Assembly: GCA_018396555.1 (NCBI GenBank)
Contig: JAGTQL010000003.1
Span: 1-41,721, forward strand
Direction of reading: 5' to 3'
Length of the DNA stretch: 41,721 nucleotides
Source: Candidatus Bathyarchaeota archaeon
GTDB taxonomy: Archaea; Thermoproteota; Bathyarchaeia; Bathyarchaeales; DTEX01
Position 1 is the first letter of the stretch. Every line of letters starts with the position of its first letter. This document shows positions 9,638 to 18,866 of the stretch, in pieces. The notes below the pieces were generated by a model. The model had not been told where the DNA came from. It ran no database searches and saw only the letters and a program-made list of their open reading frames with translations. The position numbers and the translations under genes are program-made.

Positions 9638-10711
9638 TTATGGAAAATATAATAGAACTCTACCAGGCTTTATTCTCGACTCACCTTCTTCAGTATCGGC
9701 GTATTTAAATGCTTCAGTTAAATCATCTATATCATTAATAATAAATCTCTTCATCGAAATTATACGCCTAACTTTACTTTGGAAGTCTGTAGACTTTAAT
9801 AATTCTAAAGCTTTAATATAATGACTCATTCTGCTACGAGTAGAGCCCTTAAAAATTAAGCCCTTATTTACTATTTTATTAACTTCAACCGGCACCTCAC
9901 CCATAGAAATCCCAAGCAAAATACATTTACCTCCAGGCCTGAGAATATCTACCACCTCCTTTATAGTAATTTTATGCGCTCTTCCACCAGCAGCTTCAAA
10001 AGCGATATCGATTTTCTCGTAAATTTCATTTAGCATCAGATAATCCTTTAGTGAATTTATTGGGGAGGCAAAGTCACGAGCTAATGAGAGTTTTTCATCC
10101 GCTACGCCGATTAAGTAGAGTTTTGTGGGTGGAATATTGCCAATATAGGAAGACACTAAAGTTAAAAGATAACCTATTGGTCCGTCGCCTATAACAGCGA
10201 CTGAATTACCTATCCTCGCGCCGGACTCCTCAAAGGCATTTAGAGCTACGGAAAGTGGTTCAGTTAATGTGGCAACTTCCAGATCTACGCCATCAGGGAT
10301 AGGTAAAACTCGATCTTCTGGGTATAAAAAGAGGGTTCTTGCAAGTCCATCAGCTGTGGCAGCCATGTATTTTGCATTTTGACACAAATTCTCCAATTGA
10401 CCTTTACAGAAGTAGCATTCACCGCAAGGTATTAGAGGGTTAACAACAACTTTAGTTCCAATATTTACTTTTGCCCCTTCATCTGCATCAACTACTTCAG
10501 CAACCCCTTCATGAAGCAGACACATAGGTAATCTTGTTTTTAATTTTTCAGGTTCCTTCTCGCCCTTAAAATATAACATTTCGCTTCCACAAATACTGGC
10601 GACGATGGGCTTTAATAAGAGGAAACCTTTAGGAACATGCTCTATAACCCTTTCCCTTAAGGCAAATTTAAACGGCTCTACTAAGCAAAACTCCTTTGCA
10701 ACAAACTCCAT
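9638..10711 (-). CDS. Zn-dependent MDR dehydrogenase, ribitol-5-phosphate dehydrogenase (TarJ)-like
   Basis: SICGSE..YF.G, RLPMCLLHEGVAEVV (TarJ-like LPM-x-L-x-HEG), CGECYFC..C, GDGPIG, GSTRS. Confidence 0.7.
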   Translation of the reverse strand: MEFVAKEFCLVEPFKFALRERVIEHVPKGFLLLKPIVASICGSEMLYFKGEKEPEKLKTRLPMCLLHEGVAEVVDADEGAKVNIGTKVVVNPLIPCGECYFCKGQLENLCQNAKYMAATADGLARTLFLYPEDRVLPIPDGVDLEVATLTEPLSVALNAFEESGARIGNSVAVIGDGPIGYLLTLVSSYIGNIPPTKLYLIGVADEKLSLARDFASPINSLKDYLMLNEIYEKIDIAFEAAGGRAHKITIKEVVDILRPGGKCILLGISMGEVPVEVNKIVNKGLIFKGSTRSRMSHYIKALELLKSTDFQSKVRRIISMKRFIINDIDDLTEAFKYADTEEGESRIKPGRVLLYFP

Positions 10712-10761
10712 TTAACTTCCCCTTAAATAATGACCAAGAGATAATAAATCTTTAATGAATT

Positions 10762-10901
10762 CGCTCATATAAAGCTGATGATACATGGTCTTTTCCATTC
10801 CACAATTCCTCTAAAATAAGATCAAAACGTGCTCTACCGGAACAGAAATCATGAAGAAGAATGTAATTTAGAAGCTATGTACCATCTCCTTTATATGAGC
10901 G
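10762..10901. mobile_element. 140-bp MITE with CGCTCATATAAAG terminal inverted repeats and 8-bp target duplication AATGAATT
   Basis: Perfect 13-bp TIR (10762-10774 / 10889-10901) extending imperfectly inward; aatgaatt at 10754-10761 and 10902-10909; no ORF. Confidence 0.8.
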
Positions 10902-10926
10902 AATGAATTTTTAAGTCTTTCACTTT

Positions 10927-11306
10927 AAGGTGCAGAACTGGCATGAAGTTCTTGAGTCATTGAGAATATGCAAGTTCCTCGGCATACAGCCGGGTCATAT
11001 GCCTGGATTATACACTCCTACTACAGGCATCCTCACAACCTTGGAACAATTGCTTCGGCTGGGGAAAGAATATGCGATATCAAAAGAATGTTTAATGTGA
11101 AGTGCATTATCACGCGAAGAGATGATACTTTACCCTATCGCATAATGCATAAGAGACTAAGGGGAGAAACGTTGGGAAACTTCATCAGCCCTGAAGATCT
11201 TAGTGTGATGTTAAATGAGTATTATGCGGCTAGAGTATGGGATGAAAATGGGGTTCCTAGGGATGAAACGCTCGAGGGACATGGGTTGTTTTGTGAAAAA
11301 GATTAG
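10927..11306 (+). pseudogene. C-terminal remnant of an aldehyde:ferredoxin oxidoreductase (AOR family), frameshifted
   Basis: Frame 1 KVQNWHEVLESLRICKF...LEQLLR, then shifts to AGERICDIKRMFN..RRDDTLPYR..MLNEYYAARVWDENGVPRDETL; N-terminal domains absent. Confidence 0.75.
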
Positions 11307-11322
11307 CAATCTAGGATGTTAG

Positions 11323-11679
11323 ATGGGCTGCTGGAAACCTGGAGATGGGGGCATCGTATTTACGAAGGGAGGCTTTATATCTTACACTTTTGGATACGAG
11401 CATCCGCCTGATAGAGCATTTGCTTTTCTAAAGTATATACCGTTAAGGAACTTTATACGGCGGGAAATTATAGGCTTCCAGTTGAAGCCCTAAAGGAAAG
11501 CTTCAGCCATTACCTATATTTCTGCCTATATAGAGTGAATGAGATTGTAAGCGTTCCATTAACCCATGTAAAGGAGATTTTTATTCCAGGAAACTGTCTT
11601 AAAAGAATCGAGTCGCAATTACGAAGGGAAGGAAATGGAGAACCTTGCCTTAGAGCTAATTCTAATGCTTTCATCAGAT
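11323..11679 (+). pseudogene. Degraded N-terminal fragment of an archaeal predicted nucleotidyltransferase (COG1665-like)
   Basis: 11323-11493 reads [40 protein letters not shown]; continues in shifted frames as [29 protein letters not shown] and NLALELILMLSS. Family recognised from memory of the GYEHPP..FLKY motif. Confidence 0.55.
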
Positions 11680-11898
11680 AACCTTAACCTGCGAACCAGC
11701 AAGATACTATGAGCAAACACTTAAGTTCATAAAACCGATTAAACGCTTATAGCGGTAATTATTTATTAATAGATTCTTCAGCCGAGCGTTAATAAACTCA
11801 GCGAATAAGATTTAAATATTGTAATATGCCTTTCAATTTTATTGGTGATTTAAGTAAAAGAGTTTTCTATGTTAAATTAGTAGAATTGAGGGTGGGAT

Positions 11899-14142
11899 AT
11901 GCCTAAGTTGTTCAGATCCAAAATTGATGAGAGAAGGGTTATAGCCATAGCGTTGCTTGCCATGGTTCTCATTCTGTTGGCTGGCTACGCATTTTATCTT
12001 AGGATTACACCCGTGTACCCTAGAAGGGACATTGTAGGCGTTATAAGGATTGAGGGTTATATAGAGGAGCCCAGCGTTGTGAAGCGTTATCTTGATGTTA
12101 TAGGCCAAGCGATTTTTAATGATAGCATTAAAGCTGTTGTTGTAGTTATTGATTCCGGCGGAGGCTACGCGGACTATATTGAGCAGATTTATCTTGATCT
12201 TCTGATGCTTGGGAAGAAGAAGCCCCTGGTGGCCTCGATTGTTTCGGCTCTTTCAGGAGGCTATTACATTGCTGTCGCAGCTGACCACATCTTTGTTCAT
12301 CCAACATCTATGATTGGAAATGTGGGCGTAAAAGCTTCCATGCCTCCAATACTGGTACCTTCCGAGGTTTCCATAGAAACCGGCGCATATAAATGGACTG
12401 GTTTCTCGCAGCTTTTCTTTCCATTCAATTTAAGCCGAGCGCTAGACAATTTTCTCTCAGCCATTGAAAGGAATCGAGGTGATAAACTAAAGATTCCTCA
12501 AATTCAACTTAAGAGGGCGCTCATATATCTTGGGATTGAAGCCCTGGAGCTAGGCTTGGTTGATGAGGTAGGTTCCCTGCAAAAAGCTATAGAAACGGCT
12601 GCTCAAAGAGCCAATCTAACAAGATATGAGGTTGTTGAGATTAAACCGGGGACCACGCAGGGCTCGCTGTTTCAGACAGAACTCGGGAACTACACATTAA
12701 TAAATGCCAGCATGTTAACTATGGATATGTTAAATGCCCTTCATCCACCCCCAGCTATACACTATATTTATTTGCCTCCGGAAGCCCTACTTTCATCTTC
12801 CCAATCTGCATCTTCATTGCAGTTTAATGTTACATTACCTACTAGTGGAGGAAACATTGTAATCGATGTTTCGCATGGAAATCAGGTGTCTTGGTGGGTG
12901 CTGGATAAACTAATATTTGAATTGGCGAAGATGAATGTTAGTGTGAATTTTGCATATTCATGGAGTGATGTGTCTTCTAGGCTTGGGAATGCGTCGGCGC
13001 TCATCGTGGCTTCCCCAACAATTCCATACTCAGCCGGAGAGATGGATACTATTGAAAAATTTGTGGGGAAAGGAGGTTTATTGCTGCTTTTCTTTGATCC
13101 AGCATGGGAATATATAGGATTTGAGGGGCTTAGATCGGAGATAATTGCCCCAATAAATTCGCTTTCCACGAAATTTGGGCTGTCCTTCGCTAAGGGTTAC
13201 CTTTACAATGAAGCTAAATATTTCGGGATATACAGAAACATTTACATTGAAAATTTCGGCAATCATGCATTAACCCAAGGTTTAAATTCACTAGTTCTCT
13301 TCACAGCAGCCGGAATATATCCTGCTGATAAAGGCATTGCGTGGGCATCAAGCGAAACATATTCTTCGATTGCGGAAAGAGCGGATGAATATGCTGTGGT
13401 AGCCGCTGCTAGACGGGGGAATGGCACCGTGATAGCCGTTGGAGACTTAACATTTTTGATGGAGCCCTACTGCTATGTTGAGGACAATTATAAGTTCTTA
13501 GTTAACATCGCCTCTCTTATTGCAAATGTAAGTATTCAGATTCCGGAAAAAGAGGAGGAAGCTGTGGAGGGAAAGATCACTAGGCCGGATTTGCCCCTTG
13601 GGACTGAGAAGATTTTTAGGGAGAAGGTTGACGGTAACGAGTTTACATTTAGGTGGCTTAAGAATAGTGAGAGGGAAATAATTATTGAAAGGGCGAATCA
13701 GACGATTCATTATTATCTCACTGAGGATGGAGCCTTAGAGAAATGGGTTTCAGACGGTAGGGAATGCATGTATGAGGAGCCTATACCTGAGCCTCCATAT
13801 CCATTAACTAAAGATAAAAGTTGGAGCCATCGGGGTAATTTCACTTTAACAGTTGAGGGAACTGTGTATTATGGCGAAATAATTGAAGAAAATCATGTGA
13901 AGGCTTTTGAAAATATTGTTGCTGAGGATGGAAACAAGTACTTCTGCGCTAAAATAGAGTATAGCCGGGAAGAAATCACGTTGGTTGATGAAATAGTCAT
14001 GAAGGTTAATATAACTGGCAATTATTGGGTCGCATCTGAGGCTGGAACAGTTAAGCAGGAATTTCTAATCCGGTATTACATGAATGATGTTTTCGTCGGA
14101 TTAGAGAGAGACATGATTATATTAGTTTCTATTAGGAAATGA
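11899..14142 (+). CDS. Membrane-anchored S49 (SppA-like) peptidase fused to a GldG/DUF4350-like domain and a C-terminal beta-rich domain
   Basis: N-terminal TM helix; IDSGGG, ALSGGYYIA..ADHIF..SMIGNVGV, TGAYK; middle domain IDVSHGN, LIVASP..YS..E..IEKFV..GG.LLL..DP, VIAVGD. Confidence 0.75.
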   Translation: MPKLFRSKIDERRVIAIALLAMVLILLAGYAFYLRITPVYPRRDIVGVIRIEGYIEEPSVVKRYLDVIGQAIFNDSIKAVVVVIDSGGGYADYIEQIYLDLLMLGKKKPLVASIVSALSGGYYIAVAADHIFVHPTSMIGNVGVKASMPPILVPSEVSIETGAYKWTGFSQLFFPFNLSRALDNFLSAIERNRGDKLKIPQIQLKRALIYLGIEALELGLVDEVGSLQKAIETAAQRANLTRYEVVEIKPGTTQGSLFQTELGNYTLINASMLTMDMLNALHPPPAIHYIYLPPEALLSSSQSASSLQFNVTLPTSGGNIVIDVSHGNQVSWWVLDKLIFELAKMNVSVNFAYSWSDVSSRLGNASALIVASPTIPYSAGEMDTIEKFVGKGGLLLLFFDPAWEYIGFEGLRSEIIAPINSLSTKFGLSFAKGYLYNEAKYFGIYRNIYIENFGNHALTQGLNSLVLFTAAGIYPADKGIAWASSETYSSIAERADEYAVVAAARRGNGTVIAVGDLTFLMEPYCYVEDNYKFLVNIASLIANVSIQIPEKEEEAVEGKITRPDLPLGTEKIFREKVDGNEFTFRWLKNSEREIIIERANQTIHYYLTEDGALEKWVSDGRECMYEEPIPEPPYPLTKDKSWSHRGNFTLTVEGTVYYGEIIEENHVKAFENIVAEDGNKYFCAKIEYSREEITLVDEIVMKVNITGNYWVASEAGTVKQEFLIRYYMNDVFVGLERDMIILVSIRK

Positions 14143-14265
14143 AGGTTAACTCCTAAATTTTGGTCGGCATGTCATTAGGGGAGAAAAAAATTAGCTTCAA
14201 TTAAGGAACGTTTTCTCCTAAAAACATATAACTGTACACATGTTTACATGAGTTGAGGGTCGAAG

Positions 14266-14343
14266 TTGCGTCTAGTATCCCTAGGTAAAACTGGCCTCAG
14301 AGCTTCAAGGCTCTGCATAGGGACTGATTATGCTAGAATTTAT
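14266..14343 (+). pseudogene. N-terminal stub of an aldo/keto reductase
   Basis: MRLVSLGKTGLRASRLCIGT matches the AKR start motif LGKTGLKVSRLxLGT; similarity stops after about 26 codons. Confidence 0.5.
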
Positions 14344-14640
14344 GTACAGCCTATTCCAGCCTTCCAGAACCCTTCTGAAGGCGCTGCTCCCAGCGCTTAT
14401 AAACAATTCACTTCCCATAAGCCTACCACAGTAAACGTCAACCGTAGACGGAACCGCGTTTGGATCAACAGCCCAAACCTGAACATAAACATCCACACCG
14501 CTTAAAGGCCTATCCAACTCATCAAAAAACCTAACATAAACACCCCTACCAGCACCCTGAACCATAAAGGCAGCATAAACAACACTACCAGAAAATATAA
14601 GAGCGACCACAAAAATAGATAGGGCAGCACCCCCGCCCAC
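14305..14640 (-). pseudogene. Probable truncated exported/membrane protein (hydrophobic N-terminal helix followed by beta-strand-like sequence)
   Basis: LSIFVVALIFSGSVVYAAF then VYVRFFDELDRPLSGVDVYV; strongly GT-skewed codons; runs head-on into the AKR stub. Confidence 0.35.
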
Positions 14641-14991
14641 CGGAAAAACACACCAACCCCATCCACCCCCACAAAATTAACAGCAAGAAGTCACATATAT
14701 ATATTGCGCCACAGATTCACCCTCTCAAATCTTATCACCCAACCCAAAACCACAGTCCGTTTTCACAGCCAGAGCGATCAGAAAGAGGCTATCATTCATC
14801 CCCAAGACGAAGAACTCTAAAGATTCAATAAGGACATTAAATCTATAAATTAGAATAAGCATCAGGGAGTAGTTTGTGGATGATGTTGATTCATTAGGTG
14901 GCTACATTACCTCTCTCTGGAGGCAAAAATTTAACTTAACGTGTAGTACTCTATATGCTATCTGCTAACTCTATGGGAGGATTGATGAGCA

Positions 14992-15822
14992 GTGTGCCGC
15001 CTTTTCGGTATGCTATCGGTTAAACCATCTAATGCCTTAAAATATCTTATAAATGATCCATGCTCACTTTATGCTCAAAGCAAGGCTGATCCGAGAAGGC
15101 CGCAAGGCGACGGTTGGGGCGTCGGCTTCTACATTAACGGTTCATTAAAGACGGTGAAAAGCGAAAAGCCGATCTTCGAGGAGTATGAAAGGTTTAGGTT
15201 CATTGTGAATAGTATCAGCTCAAACGTGGTAATTGCGCACGTAAGGAGGGCGAGCAATCCGAGGGGCTTGCCGAAGGAAAAACTTCTCTCAATTGAGAAT
15301 TCTCAGCCATTCAGCTATAAAAATTACGTCTTTGCACATAATGGAGTAATAAACTTGCCGGATGAAATGGCGAATCTTCTTTGTGATTGGCAACCTAACA
15401 TAAAGGGTTTAAATGATAGCGAAGTTTACTTTTGGTACATAATGAAAGAGATCTCTAATGGAAGAAATATTTCAGAGGCATTAAGGAACTTTCAGAGGGA
15501 TCTACATAGAGTCTGGTTGGAGAACCGGGATAAATACCCTGATAAAGATAGGTCCTTCATCGGCTTAAATATTATATTTAGTGATGGCGAAAAACTCTAT
15601 GCGTATTGCAAGTATGATGAGGAGAGGGATGGGCGGGCAGCATCCCTATGTTATAGCGACCAACCAGCAATGCAGATGTCATACATTTACAGCCTCGAAA
15701 AACTAGTGGTACTATCGGAAAAAACAAATCTTGAGGAAAATTGGCAACCGCTTATGAGCGGGCACCTTATAATTGGACAAGTAGTTGACGAAAAAGTAAG
15801 GATCAACGTTCAGAAAATTTAA
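14992..15822 (+). CDS. Class II (Ntn) glutamine amidotransferase, YafJ/EgtC-like
   Basis: N-terminal MCRLFG nucleophile Cys, DGWGVGFY, IAHVRRAS, NSQPF, FAHNG, NDSE. Confidence 0.9.
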   Translation: MCRLFGMLSVKPSNALKYLINDPCSLYAQSKADPRRPQGDGWGVGFYINGSLKTVKSEKPIFEEYERFRFIVNSISSNVVIAHVRRASNPRGLPKEKLLSIENSQPFSYKNYVFAHNGVINLPDEMANLLCDWQPNIKGLNDSEVYFWYIMKEISNGRNISEALRNFQRDLHRVWLENRDKYPDKDRSFIGLNIIFSDGEKLYAYCKYDEERDGRAASLCYSDQPAMQMSYIYSLEKLVVLSEKTNLEENWQPLMSGHLIIGQVVDEKVRINVQKI

Positions 15823-16021
15823 ATTTATCACATTCCAGATTGAAAACGAGACTAAAAGAGCGTGCTTTCGGCTGCGAAGAAAAATCCACGAGGAGCTTCA
15901 AAAGGGGTCATACTATGAAAAATCTCGGAAGACTGGGTCTCAACATGTAGAATGGGCGGTTTTACAGATCCCTAAGCGTTAACCTACTAGTCTTTAATGC
16001 TCCTATGAGGAGGCGTTTTGA

Positions 16022-16957
16022 ATGGCAGGCGAATGTAGAAGGTGCAAGAAAAAGGAGGCTGAGGTCTACTTACCGCATTCTAATTTAAATCTCTGTTCTG
16101 ACTGCTTCCTACTTTTAACTGAAAGAAGAGTTAAGCACACTGTTAATGCGTACAAAATGCTCTCTAAAAATGATAGGGTCGGCGTAGCAGTATCTGGTGG
16201 AAAGGACAGTTCAACCCTGGCGTACATTTTAAGCAGTTTATTCGACAAGGTTGACATATTTTTGATATATATTGATTTAGGCGTGCCCGACTACTCGGAG
16301 CATTGCCTATATAAGGTCAATGAGCTTGCAAAAATAATTGATAAGGAACTCATCATCTATAGCCTGGAGAAGGATCTAGGCCTTAGAATAGGCGATTTTA
16401 AATCCACAATTTATGGCAGAAAAATCTGTTCAGCGTGTGGAACAATAAAGCGCTACCTATTTAATAAAATATCTTACGATATGGGGCTGACTAAGATTGC
16501 TACGGGGCATAATCTTAATGACACAGTTGAAGTTCTTTTCAACTTTTATTTGGAGGGAAATGTTGAATCTCTTTTGAGAATGAAGCCATTCTTACGAAGA
16601 ATCCATCCAAAGTTTGTACCGAAAATTAAGCCTCTAATAGGCTTGACGGATATGGAGTGCTTATTATATGCTGAATATAGAAACCTACCGATTAGAACTA
16701 TTGACTGTCAATTCTCTAAGGGCTCAAGAATGCTGAGGAGGAAGGAATTGCTAAACATGATAACTGAGAGAATGCCCACATTTATGCACTCATTTATGCA
16801 GTCGCATTTCAAAAGGATACTGCCTACGCTTGAAGCCGCGTCCAAAAATCGGGAGATTAAACTCTATGAATGCACTATTTGCGGAATGCCGACCTCTCTA
16901 AAAGGAGCACCATGCCACTTCTGTAAACTTATCAGTACGCTTAAAAGGCGCGCATGA
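16022..16957 (+). CDS. TtuA/Ncs6-family tRNA thiolation-type PP-loop ATPase (paralog 1)
   Basis: N- and C-terminal CxxC..CxxC zinc fingers, AVSGGKDS, CSACG, ATGHNLND, KIKPL. Confidence 0.85.
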   Translation: MAGECRRCKKKEAEVYLPHSNLNLCSDCFLLLTERRVKHTVNAYKMLSKNDRVGVAVSGGKDSSTLAYILSSLFDKVDIFLIYIDLGVPDYSEHCLYKVNELAKIIDKELIIYSLEKDLGLRIGDFKSTIYGRKICSACGTIKRYLFNKISYDMGLTKIATGHNLNDTVEVLFNFYLEGNVESLLRMKPFLRRIHPKFVPKIKPLIGLTDMECLLYAEYRNLPIRTIDCQFSKGSRMLRRKELLNMITERMPTFMHSFMQSHFKRILPTLEAASKNREIKLYECTICGMPTSLKGAPCHFCKLISTLKRRA

Positions 16958-16977
16958 GTATTCATCTTAAATGCGGA

Positions 16978-17316
16978 TCATTTTTTCAGCCTATTATGGA
17001 AGCATGTTTCCTCGCCTAGGTGGCATGCCGGCCCGCTCTGCTTTACAATGAAAAGCAGCGCATCATGGTCGCAGTCTACAAGAATATCTAAAACCTCTTG
17101 GACATGCCCAGATTTTTCACCCTTCTTCATAACTCTGCCATGGGAGCGCCTAAAATAGTGGGCGTATCCAGTCTCCATAGTTTTCTCTAAAGCCTCCCTA
17201 TTCACGTAGGCTAACGTTAAAACCCTGCCAGAACCATCCTGCACAACAACGGGTAATATCCCACCGCACTTCTCAAAATCCAATTCTTCTAGGCTTAAAA
17301 TTTTTAGGTTTTTCAA
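16978..17316 (-). CDS. hisI: Phosphoribosyl-AMP cyclohydrolase (monofunctional)
   Basis: 112 aa; [26 protein letters not shown]. Confidence 0.95.
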   Translation of the reverse strand: MKNLKILSLEELDFEKCGGILPVVVQDGSGRVLTLAYVNREALEKTMETGYAHYFRRSHGRVMKKGEKSGHVQEVLDILVDCDHDALLFIVKQSGPACHLGEETCFHNRLKK

Positions 17317-18116
17317 AGCCTAACTGGCACCCCCCTCTCATGTAGAAAATGCTTAATTACTGGTATGGGGTATTTGCTGTAGTGGAATACTGAAGCAGCC
17401 AGCGCAGCGTCAGCCTTGCCGAGCGTGAAGGCTTCAAGGAAATGTTCAGGTCTACCCGCTCCGCCGCTTGCTATGACCGGTACATTGACGCGCTCAGCGA
17501 CTCCTCTGGTTAATTCAATATCGTATCCTTTCTCTGTTCCATCCCTGTCCATGGATGTTAGGAGTATCTCGCCAGCTCCGATCTCGGCGCCTTCGGTAGC
17601 CCATTTAAGAGCATCCATGCCAGTTGGCTTACGCCCACCATAAGTGTAGACTTCAAACCAGCACGGTCCCTCAGCGGTTTCTACAACAATTTTGTCTGAT
17701 GCATATTCGTATCTCCTCTTTGCATCTATAGCTAGGACAAGGCATTGGGAACCAAAGTTTTCAGCAAGTTCTCTGATCAGAATGGGTTTTTCAACAGCAG
17801 CGGTGTTAACTGAAACCTTATCGGCGCCGTTGCAGAGAACTAAACGTGCATCTTCAACGCTTCTTATTCCGCCTCCAACTGTGAAGGGTATGTTTATTTC
17901 GGCCGCAACGGATCTCACAACGTCTTTAATTATGCTTCTTTTCTCCGGAGAGGCCGTTATGTCCAAGAAAACGAGTTCATCAGCGCCTTCCTCGCTGTAG
18001 CGTCTTGCAAGCTCAGCTGGGTCTCCAGCATCCCTTAAATTAACAAAGTTTATTCCCTTAACAACCCTTCCATGATCCACATCTAAACATGGTATTATTC
18101 TTTTAACTAAAACCAT
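17313..18116 (-). CDS. hisF: Imidazole glycerol phosphate synthase cyclase subunit
   Basis: [44 protein letters not shown]. Confidence 0.97.
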   Translation of the reverse strand: MVLVKRIIPCLDVDHGRVVKGINFVNLRDAGDPAELARRYSEEGADELVFLDITASPEKRSIIKDVVRSVAAEINIPFTVGGGIRSVEDARLVLCNGADKVSVNTAAVEKPILIRELAENFGSQCLVLAIDAKRRYEYASDKIVVETAEGPCWFEVYTYGGRKPTGMDALKWATEGAEIGAGEILLTSMDRDGTEKGYDIELTRGVAERVNVPVIASGGAGRPEHFLEAFTLGKADAALAASVFHYSKYPIPVIKHFLHERGVPVRL

Positions 18117-18137
18117 ATCTCTCTCATCTCTCCTCTA

Positions 18138-18857
18138 TTAAAGGGCAGCTTTTAAAGCTTCTTTAAGGCTAAATAAGCCTTCATAAAGCGCTCTGCCTAC
18201 GATGATGCCGTAGACGCCGAGCCTCTTTAAGGTTACTATATCGTTGAGGGTTCTTATTCCGCCTGAAGCTATAACGTTAACGCCTAAATTCAAAACTCTA
18301 AGCAGGTTCCTTACATCCGTTCCGTCCATCATTCCATCATGCTCAATTGATGTCACCAGGAAGAGTTTAATTCCAATGGATGAGAATTTTCGGGCGGCTT
18401 CTTCAAGCATTATGCCCGTTCGAGTTTTCCAACCGTCGACAACCACTTCGCCATTTAAATGATCCAGAGCAATGATAATTCTACCAAATCCAAACTTCCT
18501 TAAAAGAGATTTAATGGCTTCTATATTTCTGAACGCGAGCGAACCTAGGATTACTCTTTCGGCGCCAACCTCAATTACTCGACAAGCGCGCTCCGCATTT
18601 TTGATTCCTCCCCCAACCTGAACTGGGATATCAACATACTGAATTATCCTACTTATCAATTCTGTGTTTTCACCCACTCCAAGCGCTGCATCTAAATCTA
18701 CAATATGTATTGCCGGCGCGCCTTCGGATTCCCACCTCTTAGCGATTAATAACGGATCGCCTAAAAACTCGTAGGATTTCACTAAATTGGGGCTACCCTT
18801 CAATAATCTAACAACCTTACCGCCCATTATGTCAATTGCGGGAATCACGTACAACAA
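18138..18857 (-). CDS. hisA: ProFAR isomerase
   Basis: IPAIDI..GKVVRL..G, HIVDLDAA, QVGGGI, IASGGI, GRALYEG. Confidence 0.95.
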   Translation of the reverse strand: MLYVIPAIDIMGGKVVRLLKGSPNLVKSYEFLGDPLLIAKRWESEGAPAIHIVDLDAALGVGENTELISRIIQYVDIPVQVGGGIKNAERACRVIEVGAERVILGSLAFRNIEAIKSLLRKFGFGRIIIALDHLNGEVVVDGWKTRTGIMLEEAARKFSSIGIKLFLVTSIEHDGMMDGTDVRNLLRVLNLGVNVIASGGIRTLNDIVTLKRLGVYGIIVGRALYEGLFSLKEALKAAL

Positions 18858-18866
18858 TATTCACCC

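Noticed and set aside
15915-15950. Tiny ORF MKNLGRLGLNM resembling a frameshifted AKR start (LGKTGL)
   Set aside because: Too short to distinguish from chance
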